Source of the DNA: Clostridiaceae bacterium
Lineage (GTDB): Bacteria; Bacillota; Clostridia; Acetivibrionales; DTU013
NCBI GenBank assembly: GCA_012519745.1
Contig: JAAYPO010000044.1
Coordinates: 6,239-70,238, forward strand
Reading direction: 5' to 3'
DNA: 64,000 nt
Below the pieces are notes generated by a model. The model ran no database searches. It saw only the letters and a list, made by a program, of their open reading frames with translations, and was not told the DNA's origin. This document shows positions 1-9,918 of this stretch, piece by piece (within the stretch, counting starts at the first letter, position 1; every line of letters begins with the position of its first letter). A program made the translations under genes and the position numbers.

Positions 1-1135
1 GACCCTGTAGCCCTGTAAATTGGGTGAGTCTATCTTGTTCCACCTGATAATGAGCTTGCCGTTTTCAACCTCGGAGGTGACGACGGGAGCCTGATAGGAT
101 TCAGGGTTGTCAGTGCCGTTATACCGTACCCTGACGGTATTGCCGGCTACGTTTTTGTCTTTGTATACAGCTGTCACACTGAAGTAGTATCTCTGGCCTT
201 TTGTGAAATACTTGCCGAAATCACCATTGTTGTATGGCGTGGAATTGTCCACCACCGCATAGTTTTTGTTTTTGTCGGTTATCCAGTACAGATATCCATT
301 CTCGGGGTATGAGGGTGTCGAATCGTCTTTTGAGGCAACTACCTTATAGCCCTGCAGATTGGAGGAGTCTATCTTATCCCATCTGACGACCAGCCTTCCG
401 TTTTCTTCAGAAACGGTGACCTTGGGTGCAATATATGCCTCGGGGCTTTGCTTACCTTCATAGGTAAACTGTATCCCCTTGCTTGTAACCACCTTGTCTT
501 TGTAAACTGCGGACAAACTGATATAGTATTGCTGGCCTTTTACCAGATACTTGCCGAAATCACCGTTGTTGTATTTGCTGCTGTTGTCAATGAAGGCATA
601 GTTTTTATTTTTGTCTGTGATGTAATACAGATGGCCCTTGCCAGGGTACTTGGGGTTGGGATCATATTTGGAGATAGTGACTGCATATGCCTTCAATTCA
701 TTGGAGGTGATTTTGTTCCATCTGACTATATGGGTGTTGTTTTCAAACGAGATGGACATCTCCGGTGCAGTGTACAGTGTCGGATCCTCAGGACCGTTGT
801 ATGTCTTTCTCTCCGTATTGCCCGGAACGTTTTTGTCCTTGTACACTGCTGTGACACTGATATAATACTTCTCACCTTTTTTGAGATATTTGCCGAAGTC
901 GCTGCTGCCATTGTACGGTGTGCTGTTGTCTATATTGACAGAAGTCTTGTTTTTATCTGTGATGTAGATCAGATAGCCATTGTCGGGGTATGCCGGTGTT
1001 GAGTCGTTCTTTGATATTACCACTGCATAAGCCTTCAATTTGTCTGAGTTTATTTTGTTCCATTTCACAACGAGCTTGTTGCTTTCGGATGATACTGTTA
1101 TTGCCGGCGCTTTGTACTCGTCGTCGTATGTGACC
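1..1135 (-). repeat. In-frame tandem DNA repeat, period ~340 nt, about 3.3 copies (the FN3-like modules of the SLH protein)
   Basis: The recurrent block ttgttccat(c/t)t(g/c)ac... appears near 36, 375, 714 and 1065, with spacing of 339-351 nt. The protein modules are clearly homologous. Confidence 0.7.
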
Positions 1136-1809
1136 TTGGTCTCGTCATATGTTATTTTCTCTTCGTTGTTTTTAAATGCTTTATAAAGCAGAGTAGCGGC
1201 TTCTGCTCTGGTCAGCTGGCCCTGCGGCTTGAACAGGCTGCTCCCCTTCTCCGTATAGCCTGTGATAAGACCATGTTTGACTGAAAGCGCTACATGATTC
1301 CTCAGATTCGGCGATATCTGGCCATGATCTGCGAACTTTTTCAGTATGGTCTCATCGTCGGATTTGTATGTGTACCCCAGCGCATTGACCAGTGCGACCG
1401 CCATATCCTCCCTGACAGCAGGCTGGTCCGGATAATAATTTTCGCCTGCTGCTGATTTGAAGCCTGTCAGATATCTTTTTGCCGATTCAACATATTGATA
1501 TTCCCAGTCATTCTTTTTTACGTCCTGAAAGGACGGACTTGAGGGAGAGGACAACGGGAGCTTGAGTGTCAGTACCATCATCTTTGCGAACTGTGCTCTC
1601 GTGACGATGCCCGATGGGTCGAATCTGTTGTTGCCCACTCCTTCTATGATCTTGTTCTGGAGCATCCACATTATCTGCTCGTATGCCCAGTGCGACTCCT
1701 TTACGTCTGTGAACCAGTATTTATCGTTAGCTGCATATGCTGAGGAGGCAATCGAGAAAATCAGCATTATGCACAAGATGAGTGAAATGATCCTGTTTGG
1801 CGTTTTCAT
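1..1809 (-). CDS. SLH-domain cell-surface protein with tandem ~114-aa FN3-like repeats (C-terminus runs off the window start)
   Basis: The reverse-strand frame is open from ATG 1809 to position 1, so it is absent from the ORF track (no stop in window). AGGAG lies 8 nt upstream. The translation starts MKTPNRIISLILCIMLIFSIASSAYA (signal peptide). Three SLH motifs follow (FTDVKESHWAYEQIMW.., FQDVKKNDWEYQYV.., ..LTRAEAATLLYKAF). Then come repeats of the pattern WNKI..L.(A/G)Y.V..SK...P.YP..GYLYYITDKNK...DN...YNNGDFGKY...G..YY.SV.AVYKDK. Confidence 0.85.
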   Translation of the reverse strand, partial: MKTPNRIISLILCIMLIFSIASSAYAANDKYWFTDVKESHWAYEQIMWMLQNKIIEGVGNNRFDPSGIVTRAQFAKMMVLTLKLPLSSPSSPSFQDVKKNDWEYQYVESAKRYLTGFKSAAGENYYPDQPAVREDMAVALVNALGYTYKSDDETILKKFADHGQISPNLRNHVALSVKHGLITGYTEKGSSLFKPQGQLTRAEAATLLYKAFKNNEEKITYDETKVTYDDEYKAPAITVSSESNKLVVKWNKINSDKLKAYAVVISKNDSTPAYPDNGYLIYITDKNKTSVNIDNSTPYNGSSDFGKYLKKGEKYYISVTAVYKDKNVPGNTERKTYNGPEDPTLYTAPEMSISFENNTHIVRWNKITSNELKAYAVTISKYDPNPKYPGKGHLYYITDKNKNYAFIDNSSKYNNGDFGKYLVKGQQYYISLSAVYKDKVVTSKGIQFTYEGKQSPEAYIAPKVTVSEENGRLVVRWDKIDSSNLQGYKVVASKDDSTPSYPENGYLYWITDKNKNYAVVDNSTPYNNGDFGKYFTKGQRYYFSVTAVYKDKNVAGNTVRVRYNGTDNPESYQAPVVTSEVENGKLIIRWNKIDSPNLQGYRV

Positions 1810-1937
1810 ACCATGATCTCCTTCCAATATAAACATGTGTCTCTATTAATTATAGTATCACATATCTGTACTGGAAATTGATTACAATATAGTGAAGTTT
1901 AATTAACAATAATGTTACAAACAGCCAAAATACGCGC

Positions 1938-2933
1938 CTATCGGCCCTGGTCTATTTCCACATCCACATTGAAGCCGGGCAGAAGGAAATCGTCAGCGTT
2001 GTCCAGCTTTATCCGGACTGCCACCTGGGTCTCTCCGTTCTGGTAAACGGCTCTGCCCGGTATATATGAAACGCTGCCGGTGTAGGATCTGGTCTTGTCG
2101 GCCACAGGGGTCACTGTTGCCGATGAGCCGATTTTAATATCCTTGATGAATTCCTCCGGTATATTTGCTTCTATTTCAAGACTGTCGGCATCCATTATGC
2201 TCAGAAGCTTCATCTGGGGACCTGCTGCATCTCCCTCGGAATATCCTATATCATATACGATGCCGTTATTAACATCGCAAACAACATCAGAGCCCTTCAG
2301 GAAGGGTTTGTCAAATTTTGCCCGCAGCAGCTTCAGGTCAGCTTCCAGTACGGACGCTTCCAGGCTTTGCTGTTCATTTTCTCTGCCCTTGCTGTTTTTA
2401 AGACTGTTTATTGCATAGGTGATATCCTGTACAGCCTTTTTATCACTGTCAACGATCCTTCTGAAGCTGTCGAGCTCACTTTGGGATATGCTGCCTGTGG
2501 TATAAAGCTGCTCCTTTGTTTTTAGCTCCTCTGAAGACTTGCTGTATATGTCTTTTGCACTTTTCAGGTCGTTTTGCAGCTTGCTCAGATCATTGCCTTC
2601 AAGAAGCCTTTCCATATTGTTTTTTGATGCGGCAAGATACAGCTCCTTTTCTGTGATCGTGTTTTCCATTTCCATAATGTCCAGCGTCACGAGAGGCTGA
2701 CCCGATCGGACACGCTGACCTTCCTTAACGTGTATCCTTTCAACATTCGCCTGGAAATCCAGTGTTATATTTTTCACCTCAGTGGGGATCACTGTCCCAA
2801 AGGCCTCGATTGTCTGGCGGGTATCTTCTGTTTGTGTTGATGCCGCAGGAGTCATTTCTTCCTCGGACTGACCGCATGCGGCTGCGGTACATGATATCGC
2901 TATTGCCAGTAATAAAGTAATCATCTTTTTCAT
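1938..2933 (-). CDS. HlyD/MacA-type efflux transporter periplasmic adaptor subunit (lipoprotein)
   Basis: 331-aa ORF. It has a lipobox signal (MKKMITLLLAIAISCTAAAC), a long coiled-coil middle and a beta-barrel C-terminus typical of the HlyD_D23 family. It overlaps the upstream ABC ATPase stop by 4 nt. Confidence 0.8.
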   Translation of the reverse strand: MKKMITLLLAIAISCTAAACGQSEEEMTPAASTQTEDTRQTIEAFGTVIPTEVKNITLDFQANVERIHVKEGQRVRSGQPLVTLDIMEMENTITEKELYLAASKNNMERLLEGNDLSKLQNDLKSAKDIYSKSSEELKTKEQLYTTGSISQSELDSFRRIVDSDKKAVQDITYAINSLKNSKGRENEQQSLEASVLEADLKLLRAKFDKPFLKGSDVVCDVNNGIVYDIGYSEGDAAGPQMKLLSIMDADSLEIEANIPEEFIKDIKIGSSATVTPVADKTRSYTGSVSYIPGRAVYQNGETQVAVRIKLDNADDFLLPGFNVDVEIDQGR

Positions 2934-3652
2934 ATTGCCTCACTCACCCTTCCGTCTCTTACATGTATTATTCTCCGGCCATAATCGGCCGCTTCTTTTG
3001 AATGGGTCACCTGGATGATCGTTTTGCCGTTTTCACGGTTTATTTTTGCCAGCAGCTCCATTATCTCCGTTCCTGTTTTTGTATCAAGGTTGCCTATGGG
3101 CTCGTCGGCAAGGATGATATCGGGCTGGTTTATCAGCGCTCTGGCTATTGCTACACGCTGCTGCTGTCCGCCTGACAGCTCCCGGGGAGTATGGCGGCGC
3201 CTGTCTGCCAGTCCGACAGTCTCGAGGATATCATCGAGAGCCTTTCTGTATTCCCTGGGCTTTTTCCCGTCCAGCAGGACGGGGAGCATGATGTTTTCCT
3301 CAACATTCAGGTTGGGGATGAGGTTGTAAAACTGGAATATGAACCCCATTTCCCGGCGCCGCAGCTTGCTTTCCTGATCATCGTTCATACCGTCGAGCTC
3401 CCGGCCCTTGATCCTGATCCTGCCCGAGGAGGGCTTGTCAAGACCGCCTATCAGGTACAGAAGAGTGCTTTTGCCTGAACCCGATGGTCCCATGATGGAG
3501 ACGAATTCGCCTTCATCTATCCGAAGGTTGATGTCTTTGAGCACCTCGACTTCGACCCTGCCCATCCAATATGATTTGTTCAGGCTGACAGACTCGATAA
3601 TTGGCGGCATTTCGGAAGCCGCGTCCGCATTTTTCATTGGGTTGTCATTCAT
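2930..3652 (-). CDS. ABC transporter ATP-binding protein (MacB/LolD-like)
   Basis: Walker A GPSGSGKSTLL, signature LSGGQQQRVAIARAL and Walker B IILADEP. It is translationally coupled to both neighbours. Confidence 0.92.
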   Translation of the reverse strand: MNDNPMKNADAASEMPPIIESVSLNKSYWMGRVEVEVLKDINLRIDEGEFVSIMGPSGSGKSTLLYLIGGLDKPSSGRIRIKGRELDGMNDDQESKLRRREMGFIFQFYNLIPNLNVEENIMLPVLLDGKKPREYRKALDDILETVGLADRRRHTPRELSGGQQQRVAIARALINQPDIILADEPIGNLDTKTGTEIMELLAKINRENGKTIIQVTHSKEAADYGRRIIHVRDGRVSEAI

Positions 3653-4451
3653 ATTTCAACGCTCCTGCCAAATTGATTTTTGCCGATTTGAGCATCGGAC
3701 TTACAGATGCGATCAATGTGATCACAGTTCCTATTATGAAAGAACCGAGTATGGTCGACGGATCATACAGTATCGGAACACCCATGCCCAAAGCCTTCAT
3801 GAGATGGGGCACGGCATATGTCATCATCAGCCCGGCAGCTATTCCTGAGAGCCCTCCGATAATGCCCCCGGTCATCGATTCGGCAAACAGCATTGCTATG
3901 ATCTGCCTCCTGCTCATGCCTACCGATCTGTACATTGCCAGTGAACGCTTGCGTTTGAGGAAGCTGATCACATAATTGTTGATTATGCCGAAAATCCCTA
4001 TAATAAGCGTAAGGTATGCAAAGGCCTCCATTGCATTGAAAATACTGCTGTTCACTTCATAATTCTCTGCTTCCAGGTCTGCTATCGTTATCACGTACTG
4101 GGATCTCCTCACGTATTTTTTGCGGAGATTTTCCGCTGTGACAGCAGGATCCTTGTTTGTTTTGATGAATATTTCATCAAAATTGCTTTTGCCTGTATCC
4201 AGCCTGAAATACTTGTCAGAAATGATGGCGATGCTGCCGTTATTGAGCATCGTATCCTGAAAGGCTGCTATCTTGTATGTGACCTCCTTGCCATTGAGAA
4301 CTAATGTGATGCTGTCTCCCTCGTTGACGCTGAATTTGTCTCTGAGGCCGGTGGACATTATCATTGCTCTCTCATTGTCCAGAGAATCAAGAAGAGCCTG
4401 TTGGTCGGAGACATTCACCAGATCCATATCGAAGAAATCCGGGAATTTCAA
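3645..4451 (-). CDS. FtsX-family ABC permease, C-terminal portion (second half of the extracytoplasmic domain plus FtsX TM bundle)
   Basis: 268-aa ORF with a TTG start at 4451 that overlaps the TGA of the upstream ORF. It contains an FtsX-type 3-TM C-terminus (..AFAYLTLIIGIFGIINN..RKRSLAMYRSVGMSRRQII..). Confidence 0.75.
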   Translation of the reverse strand: MKFPDFFDMDLVNVSDQQALLDSLDNERAMIMSTGLRDKFSVNEGDSITLVLNGKEVTYKIAAFQDTMLNNGSIAIISDKYFRLDTGKSNFDEIFIKTNKDPAVTAENLRKKYVRRSQYVITIADLEAENYEVNSSIFNAMEAFAYLTLIIGIFGIINNYVISFLKRKRSLAMYRSVGMSRRQIIAMLFAESMTGGIIGGLSGIAAGLMMTYAVPHLMKALGMGVPILYDPSTILGSFIIGTVITLIASVSPMLKSAKINLAGALKYE

Positions 4452-6166
4452 TGTGTTGATGCCGTAAATGCCCCCAGCTTATAATCACTCCCCGCCACAT
4501 CAACTCCATACAGTGTATAGTTGGGGCATACCCGCTCAACACCATCGACTGCAAGCAGTGATTGCTCGAATGACCTGTCGGCCCCGTAATCTACCATATA
4601 AATATCAAAATCGGTATTTCTGGTGTAAAAGCTGGCTGCCTCATACAACACACTGTCACTGATCGTGGTGATAGTTATCAGACTTGATATCGCTATGGTC
4701 AACAATGCGATATTATTCAGTATGCTCTTGTTCTCCCTTAGATTTTTTGCCGCAAGGGAGCCTACATTTCCAAACAGTATGGAGTAAACCTTCTCAAAAA
4801 TCAGCAGAGATCCTGATATAATGGCAGGCAGCAGCAGAATGACCGCTGATATGGATGACATCATGCTGACAGTATCAAAAACAAGAGCAAGCTCGTCTGT
4901 TGATATCAAAGGGAGGACTATCCATAATATAAGAAGCAATATACCGGCAATATATCTGCCTCTTTTACTCTTTGCGTTCTTGTCAGTCGAATTTAGTATG
5001 ATATCCTTGACCGGTATCTTGGAAACCCTGATGATGGGGAGGATCGAGCTAACCAGTGATATGACCACAGCAAGGATGAAAGCTGAAACCATCTGGAATG
5101 GAGAGTATTCCATAGATATTTCGTATCCGGCCATATAGGACGGTGTGATAAGTGAGGTGATTAGGTAAAGTACTCCAAGACCCAGCATACAGCCTGCGGC
5201 GCCGCCTATGATACCGTAGAGCAGACTTTCTGCCAGCAGGATCAGATCGGTGGAGCGCCTGGCAGCACCGATGCTCCTGAAGGTCCCGATAATAGGAAGG
5301 CGTTCCAGAGTGATGACCTTAAAGGAAGTATATATTATGAATATGCTCATGAAGGCGACGATGACTGTCATCATCATAAAGCCTGCGGACATCGATGCAA
5401 AGCTGTTTTTTATATCCTCCATGGGAATCGGCTCTTCTACGGCGTACTGTTTGTAGATATCCCTCAGCTCGGTGATGGCTCCCCTGATGTCGACACCCTC
5501 CCTGAGCTTGACAAATGTCATGTTTGAGAGATTTGTGCCTCCGAGTATGGACGAAAGCGTTTGCCGCGGCACCAGCATGTTCAAAGTACCGCCGGTTTCA
5601 GTGAAAAACCCCTCCTTATGTGCAACGGCACATATTTTGAATCTGTGCTTTTCATTATTGATCTCCAGGTCAAGGCTGTCGCCTTTGCCCAGCCCATAGG
5701 TGTCTGCCGCATCCTTGCTGATGATCACGCTTTTGCCGGCGAACCCGGCAACATCATTGCCATCGGATGTATAGAAGGGACACATTGTGTCCATATCTTC
5801 GAGGGTGCTGCCTCTCAGACTGACACCGACTGTTTTGTTTCTCTCCGGGCTGAGGTAGGCGGAGGCCTGCAGGGTCGGGATAATGTATTCTGCTTTATGT
5901 AGGAATTCTTCGCTCCCTGTTCTGGGAAGGTAATGCCGGGGAGAGTTTTCATCGGGATATATGATCAGATCTGCCGAACCAAAAAATTGCTTGATGTCGG
6001 CCACAAACATATTTGAAACATTGTCTGTTATAGCTTGTGATGCAAAGAAAAGAGCGCTGGACAGCATTATAGAGAATAATATTAAAAATGTACGTAATTT
6101 TTTTTCGAATATACTTCGTACCAGAAATTTTACTATTATACCCACTGATTTACCTGTCCTTTCCAA
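4448..6166 (-). CDS. FtsX-family ABC permease, N-terminal portion (TM1, ECD1, FtsX bundle 1, TM5, first half of ECD2)
   Basis: 572-aa ORF. TTG 6166 or GTG 6145 is the possible start. It contains ..RLPIIGTFRSIGAARRSTDLILLAESLLYGIIGG.. (FtsX domain) and ends inside a second extracytoplasmic domain. Confidence 0.75.
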   Translation of the reverse strand: MERTGKSVGIIVKFLVRSIFEKKLRTFLILFSIMLSSALFFASQAITDNVSNMFVADIKQFFGSADLIIYPDENSPRHYLPRTGSEEFLHKAEYIIPTLQASAYLSPERNKTVGVSLRGSTLEDMDTMCPFYTSDGNDVAGFAGKSVIISKDAADTYGLGKGDSLDLEINNEKHRFKICAVAHKEGFFTETGGTLNMLVPRQTLSSILGGTNLSNMTFVKLREGVDIRGAITELRDIYKQYAVEEPIPMEDIKNSFASMSAGFMMMTVIVAFMSIFIIYTSFKVITLERLPIIGTFRSIGAARRSTDLILLAESLLYGIIGGAAGCMLGLGVLYLITSLITPSYMAGYEISMEYSPFQMVSAFILAVVISLVSSILPIIRVSKIPVKDIILNSTDKNAKSKRGRYIAGILLLILWIVLPLISTDELALVFDTVSMMSSISAVILLLPAIISGSLLIFEKVYSILFGNVGSLAAKNLRENKSILNNIALLTIAISSLITITTISDSVLYEAASFYTRNTDFDIYMVDYGADRSFEQSLLAVDGVERVCPNYTLYGVDVAGSDYKLGAFTASTH

Positions 6167-6329
6167 CTGTGATACAACGGATAATACGATATATGAATAC
6201 GCGTGTCTGATGATTTGCCGATGTATTTTTCATAGACATCCGTTGCTGAGGACATCAGATGAGGGGGTAAAAACGCATCAATGACGTGCTGGCGCACTTT
6301 TGACAGCCTGGTCATTTTGCCGGCTGCAG

Positions 6330-6363
6330 AAAAAAACCGCTCCTTGTATTTATACAGGAGCGG
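6330..6363 (-). terminator. Rho-independent terminator of the GH3 gene
   Basis: On the minus strand: ccgctcctgtataaatacaaggagcgg followed by TTTTTTT. Confidence 0.7.
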
Positions 6364-6414
6364 TAAGGATTTTTGCAGGTTTTTTGATCGATCATCGGTG
6401 TTGATGCCTCAGGA

Positions 6415-8586
6415 TCAATATTTCAATTCCATCCCGGTGCCGGTCACTTCAAAGGAGGCCTTCTGTACCGGGGTGCCCGTCAGCTTTTGGCTTCTGTCAT
6501 CCGGCTGGCTGCCGCCGAGGTATACTTCAAAGACTCCCGGCTCCAGCAGTGCCTTGCCGTCATTGTCTATCAGTGCCATCTGGCGGGGAGTGAGGGTGAA
6601 GCTGACTTCCTTCTCATCGCCCGGCTCAAGGAAGATCTTACTGATGCCGCTGAGCTGCCATCTGGGAACTTCCACGCTGGCCTCTACATCCCTGAGATAA
6701 AGCTGGACAGTTTCCTCTGAGGCAGCACTGCCGATGTTGCGGACTTTGACGCTGCAGTTTACAGGTTCGCCGGCCTGTACCTGATCTGTTACAGTGATGC
6801 CGCTGTACTCGAACTTTGTATAGCTCAATCCGTAGCCGAATGGATAGAGTGCTTCATTTTCCATGTATTTGTAGGTCCTGTTTTTCATAGAGTAATCGCA
6901 GAAGTCGGGCAGTTCCTCGGTGGTGGCATAGAATGTGACCGGCAGCCTTCCCGAAGGGCTGTATTCACCAAAAAGCACGGATGCCACTGCTTCTCCGCCT
7001 CTTCCCCCCGGGTACCAGGCCTGAAGTATCGCAGGGATATGTTCAGCAGCCCATTTTACAGCCAGTGCACTGCCTGACATCAATACCAGTACGACAGGCT
7101 TGCCTGTGGCATATATCTTCTCCAGCAATTCCTGCTGGAGTCCCGGCAGATCCAGGTTGGGCTTGTCGCCGCCGGCAAATTCATTGGAGGTATCTCCTTC
7201 TTCACCTTCAAGTGTCGCGTCAAGTCCAAGACACATTATCACCACATCTGACCTTTCGGCTATAGCCAGTGCTTCGCCAAACTGATCTTTGGGCTGTGTA
7301 AGGAAGGAGGATTTTTCTTTGTAGAGGTGGCAGCCTGTCGAGTAATACACCCTTGTATCCGGCCCGACAGCCGCCCTTATGCCGTCAAGGACGGTGACAT
7401 ATCTGTCAGGAGTGCCGTTGTAGTTGCCAAGCAGGGCTTCCCTGCTGTCGGCGTTAGGGCCGATCACGGCTATGGAGCTCAGCTTGCTTTTGTCAAGGGG
7501 CAGAAGACTTCCTTCATTTTTCAGCAATACCATGGTCTTTTTTGCGACTTCTGCCGAGAAATCGCTGTGCTCCGGGCAGCTATTGAGTTCGTATGGCGTG
7601 TCGCTGAAGGGCACATGCTCCGGAGCATCGAACATGCCCAGCTTCATCCTTGTAACGAATAGCCTTGTTACAGCCAAATCGATATCTTCCTCGCTGACCA
7701 GACCCTCCTTGTGGGCTATCAGCAGATTTGCATATAAATTGCCGCAGTTGACATCGCAGCCATTTTTCAGAGCCATTGCCACAGACTCTGGAGCAGTCTT
7801 TGTTACCATATGACCTTCGTGGAAATCCTTGATGGCCCAGCAATCCGAGGTAACATGTCCTTTGAAGCCCCATTCGTCACGCAAAATGTCCTGGAGCAGA
7901 GTCTTGCTTCCGCAGCAGGGCTCTCCGTTTGTCCTGTTGTACGCGCCCATGACAGACTCCACATCAGCCTCCTGTACCAATTCCTTAAACGCCGGCAGAT
8001 ACGTTTCACGCATATCCTTCTGGGATGCCGCTGCGTTAAAGCTATGCCTTTCACTTTCAGGGCCGCTGTGGACGGCAAAGTGCTTGGCACAGGCTGCGGC
8101 TTTCAGATATTTCTTGTCATCGCCCTGGATACCCTTTACAAAGGCAACCCCAAGTCTGCCGGTCAGATACGGATCCTCCCCGTAGGTCTCATGGCCCCGT
8201 CCCCATCTGGGATCCCTGAATATGTTTATGTTTGGCGACCAGAATGTCAGCCCCTTATATATGTCGTGATCGCCCTTTCTGACGTTCTCATGATATTTTG
8301 CCCTGCCTTCGGTGGAGATGACATCGGCGACCTTGTATATGAGATCCTCATCAAAAGCGGCCGCCATGCCTATGGCCTGCGGGAACACAGTGGCCACTCC
8401 GGCCCGTGCCACACCGTGGAGTGCTTCGTTCCACCAGTTATACGCCGGGATGCCCAGCCTGGGGATCGCCGGCGCTGCATGGAGCATCTGCGTCACCTTT
8501 TCCTCCAGCGTCATACGTGATACCAGGTCCTTTGCACGCTCTTCAAAACTAAGGCTTTCATCCAGATATGCCGGTTTTTTGTCCAT
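6415..8586 (-). CDS. Glycoside hydrolase family 3 beta-glucosidase/beta-xylosidase
   Basis: The track ORF runs 6415-8976. I place the start at ATG 8586 (MDKKPAYLDESLSFEERAKDLVSRMTLEEK..), which has AAGGAGG 8 nt upstream. GH3 hallmarks are present (..WNEALHGV.., ..GFKGHVTSDC.., Fn3-like C-terminus). Confidence 0.9.
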   Translation of the reverse strand: MDKKPAYLDESLSFEERAKDLVSRMTLEEKVTQMLHAAPAIPRLGIPAYNWWNEALHGVARAGVATVFPQAIGMAAAFDEDLIYKVADVISTEGRAKYHENVRKGDHDIYKGLTFWSPNINIFRDPRWGRGHETYGEDPYLTGRLGVAFVKGIQGDDKKYLKAAACAKHFAVHSGPESERHSFNAAASQKDMRETYLPAFKELVQEADVESVMGAYNRTNGEPCCGSKTLLQDILRDEWGFKGHVTSDCWAIKDFHEGHMVTKTAPESVAMALKNGCDVNCGNLYANLLIAHKEGLVSEEDIDLAVTRLFVTRMKLGMFDAPEHVPFSDTPYELNSCPEHSDFSAEVAKKTMVLLKNEGSLLPLDKSKLSSIAVIGPNADSREALLGNYNGTPDRYVTVLDGIRAAVGPDTRVYYSTGCHLYKEKSSFLTQPKDQFGEALAIAERSDVVIMCLGLDATLEGEEGDTSNEFAGGDKPNLDLPGLQQELLEKIYATGKPVVLVLMSGSALAVKWAAEHIPAILQAWYPGGRGGEAVASVLFGEYSPSGRLPVTFYATTEELPDFCDYSMKNRTYKYMENEALYPFGYGLSYTKFEYSGITVTDQVQAGEPVNCSVKVRNIGSAASEETVQLYLRDVEASVEVPRWQLSGISKIFLEPGDEKEVSFTLTPRQMALIDNDGKALLEPGVFEVYLGGSQPDDRSQKLTGTPVQKASFEVTGTGMELKY

Positions 8587-8748
8587 TATCGACTGCCTCC
8601 TTTTCAATGGAATGATGTATATGATTATTCTGAAATACTTTCTCATATTGATACTACCCGTTTTCTGCCGGAAAGTCACTTCTTTTTTGCCGTAATTTGG
8701 CCACTTTTTGTCTGGGAGGTAAGAAAGGTCTTGACAGCCGTGGGTTTT

Positions 8749-8777
8749 TTGAATTACCCTGTTTATACTTGTACAAT
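8749..8777 (+). promoter_or_regulatory. Putative sigma-A promoter of metA
   Basis: TTGAAT (8749-8754), 17-nt spacer, TACAAT (8772-8777). RBS aaaggtgg lies before ATG 8798. Confidence 0.4.
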
Positions 8778-8797
8778 TCCTGAAAGGTGGAATACAG

Positions 8798-9715
8798 ATG
8801 CCGATTAGAATACCGGACAGCTTACCGGCAGCAGGGGTCCTGGCCGGAGAGAATATATTCATAATGACCGAGGAAAGGGCCGAAAGGCAGGATATCAGGC
8901 CGTTGAGCATCGTGCTGCTCAACCTTATGCCGACAAAGATAGCTACCGAGACCCAATTGCTCCGTCTGATAGGCAATACTCCGCTGCAGGTGGATGTTAC
9001 CTTCCTGCACCCTGAGACACATAAATCAAAGAATACCCCCCAGGAGCATCTGCTGAAGTTTTACAACACATTCAGTGAGATCAGGCACAATAAATACGAC
9101 GGACTTATCATAACCGGCGCTCCTGTGGAACAGATGCCCTTTGATGAGGTGAACTACTGGGACGAGCTGAAGGAGATAATGGACTGGAGTCTTCACAATG
9201 TTTATTCGACCTTCCACATATGCTGGGGAGCCCAGGCCGGCCTTTACCATCATTACGGGATCGATAAGCATCCTATCGACAAGAAGCTCTCAGGCGTGTT
9301 TGAGCACAGGGTGGTCAAGCAAAACGTGATGCTGCTGCGGGGATTCGACGAGAGATTTTACGCCCCTCATTCAAGGCATACTGAAATAAGGAAAGAAGAT
9401 ATAGAAAAGGTACCGGGCCTGCAGATACTTTCGGAGTCCGATGAAGCGGGGGTATATATCGTGACCGCGATGAAGGGCAGACAGGTATTTGTGACGGGAC
9501 ATTCCGAGTATGATCCTTTGACTTTGAAGTGCGAATATGACAGGGATGTGGGGAAGGGTCTTGAACCGCTGGTACCAAAGAATTATTTCCCGGAGGATGA
9601 CCCGGACAGACCTCCCGTCGTCAGGTGGAGAGCCCACGCCAACCTGCTGTATGCAAACTGGCTCAACTATTATGTATATCAGGAGACGCCGTTTGACCTG
9701 AATGAACTGAAGTAG
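8798..9715 (+). CDS. metA: Homoserine O-acyltransferase (MetA family)
   Basis: 305 aa. [40 protein letters not shown] is the canonical MetA N-terminus. Confidence 0.92.
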   Translation: MPIRIPDSLPAAGVLAGENIFIMTEERAERQDIRPLSIVLLNLMPTKIATETQLLRLIGNTPLQVDVTFLHPETHKSKNTPQEHLLKFYNTFSEIRHNKYDGLIITGAPVEQMPFDEVNYWDELKEIMDWSLHNVYSTFHICWGAQAGLYHHYGIDKHPIDKKLSGVFEHRVVKQNVMLLRGFDERFYAPHSRHTEIRKEDIEKVPGLQILSESDEAGVYIVTAMKGRQVFVTGHSEYDPLTLKCEYDRDVGKGLEPLVPKNYFPEDDPDRPPVVRWRAHANLLYANWLNYYVYQETPFDLNELK

Positions 9716-9918
9716 CATATCCGGAAAATAATGCAGGTATGAGTAAAATTCAAAGGACAGTAACAAGGGAGCAGCTGCACCGGAAAACCAGTGTACTGCT
9801 CCCTGTATATGTTGTGATGAATACATCAAAAACAAGCATTACTTTCTATTCATGAGTAATGATCCGGCATTATCATTCAGCACTTCCACCGGACGGTACG
9901 GATACTCAGAACCTTGTC

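Noticed and set aside
8587-8976. The ORF track extends the GH3 gene to an 853-aa ORF starting at 8976.
   Set aside because: The extra 130 residues ([16 protein letters not shown]...) have no GH3 similarity and run antisense through the metA start and promoter. The conserved GH3 N-terminus begins at ATG 8586, which has AAGGAGG 8 nt upstream.
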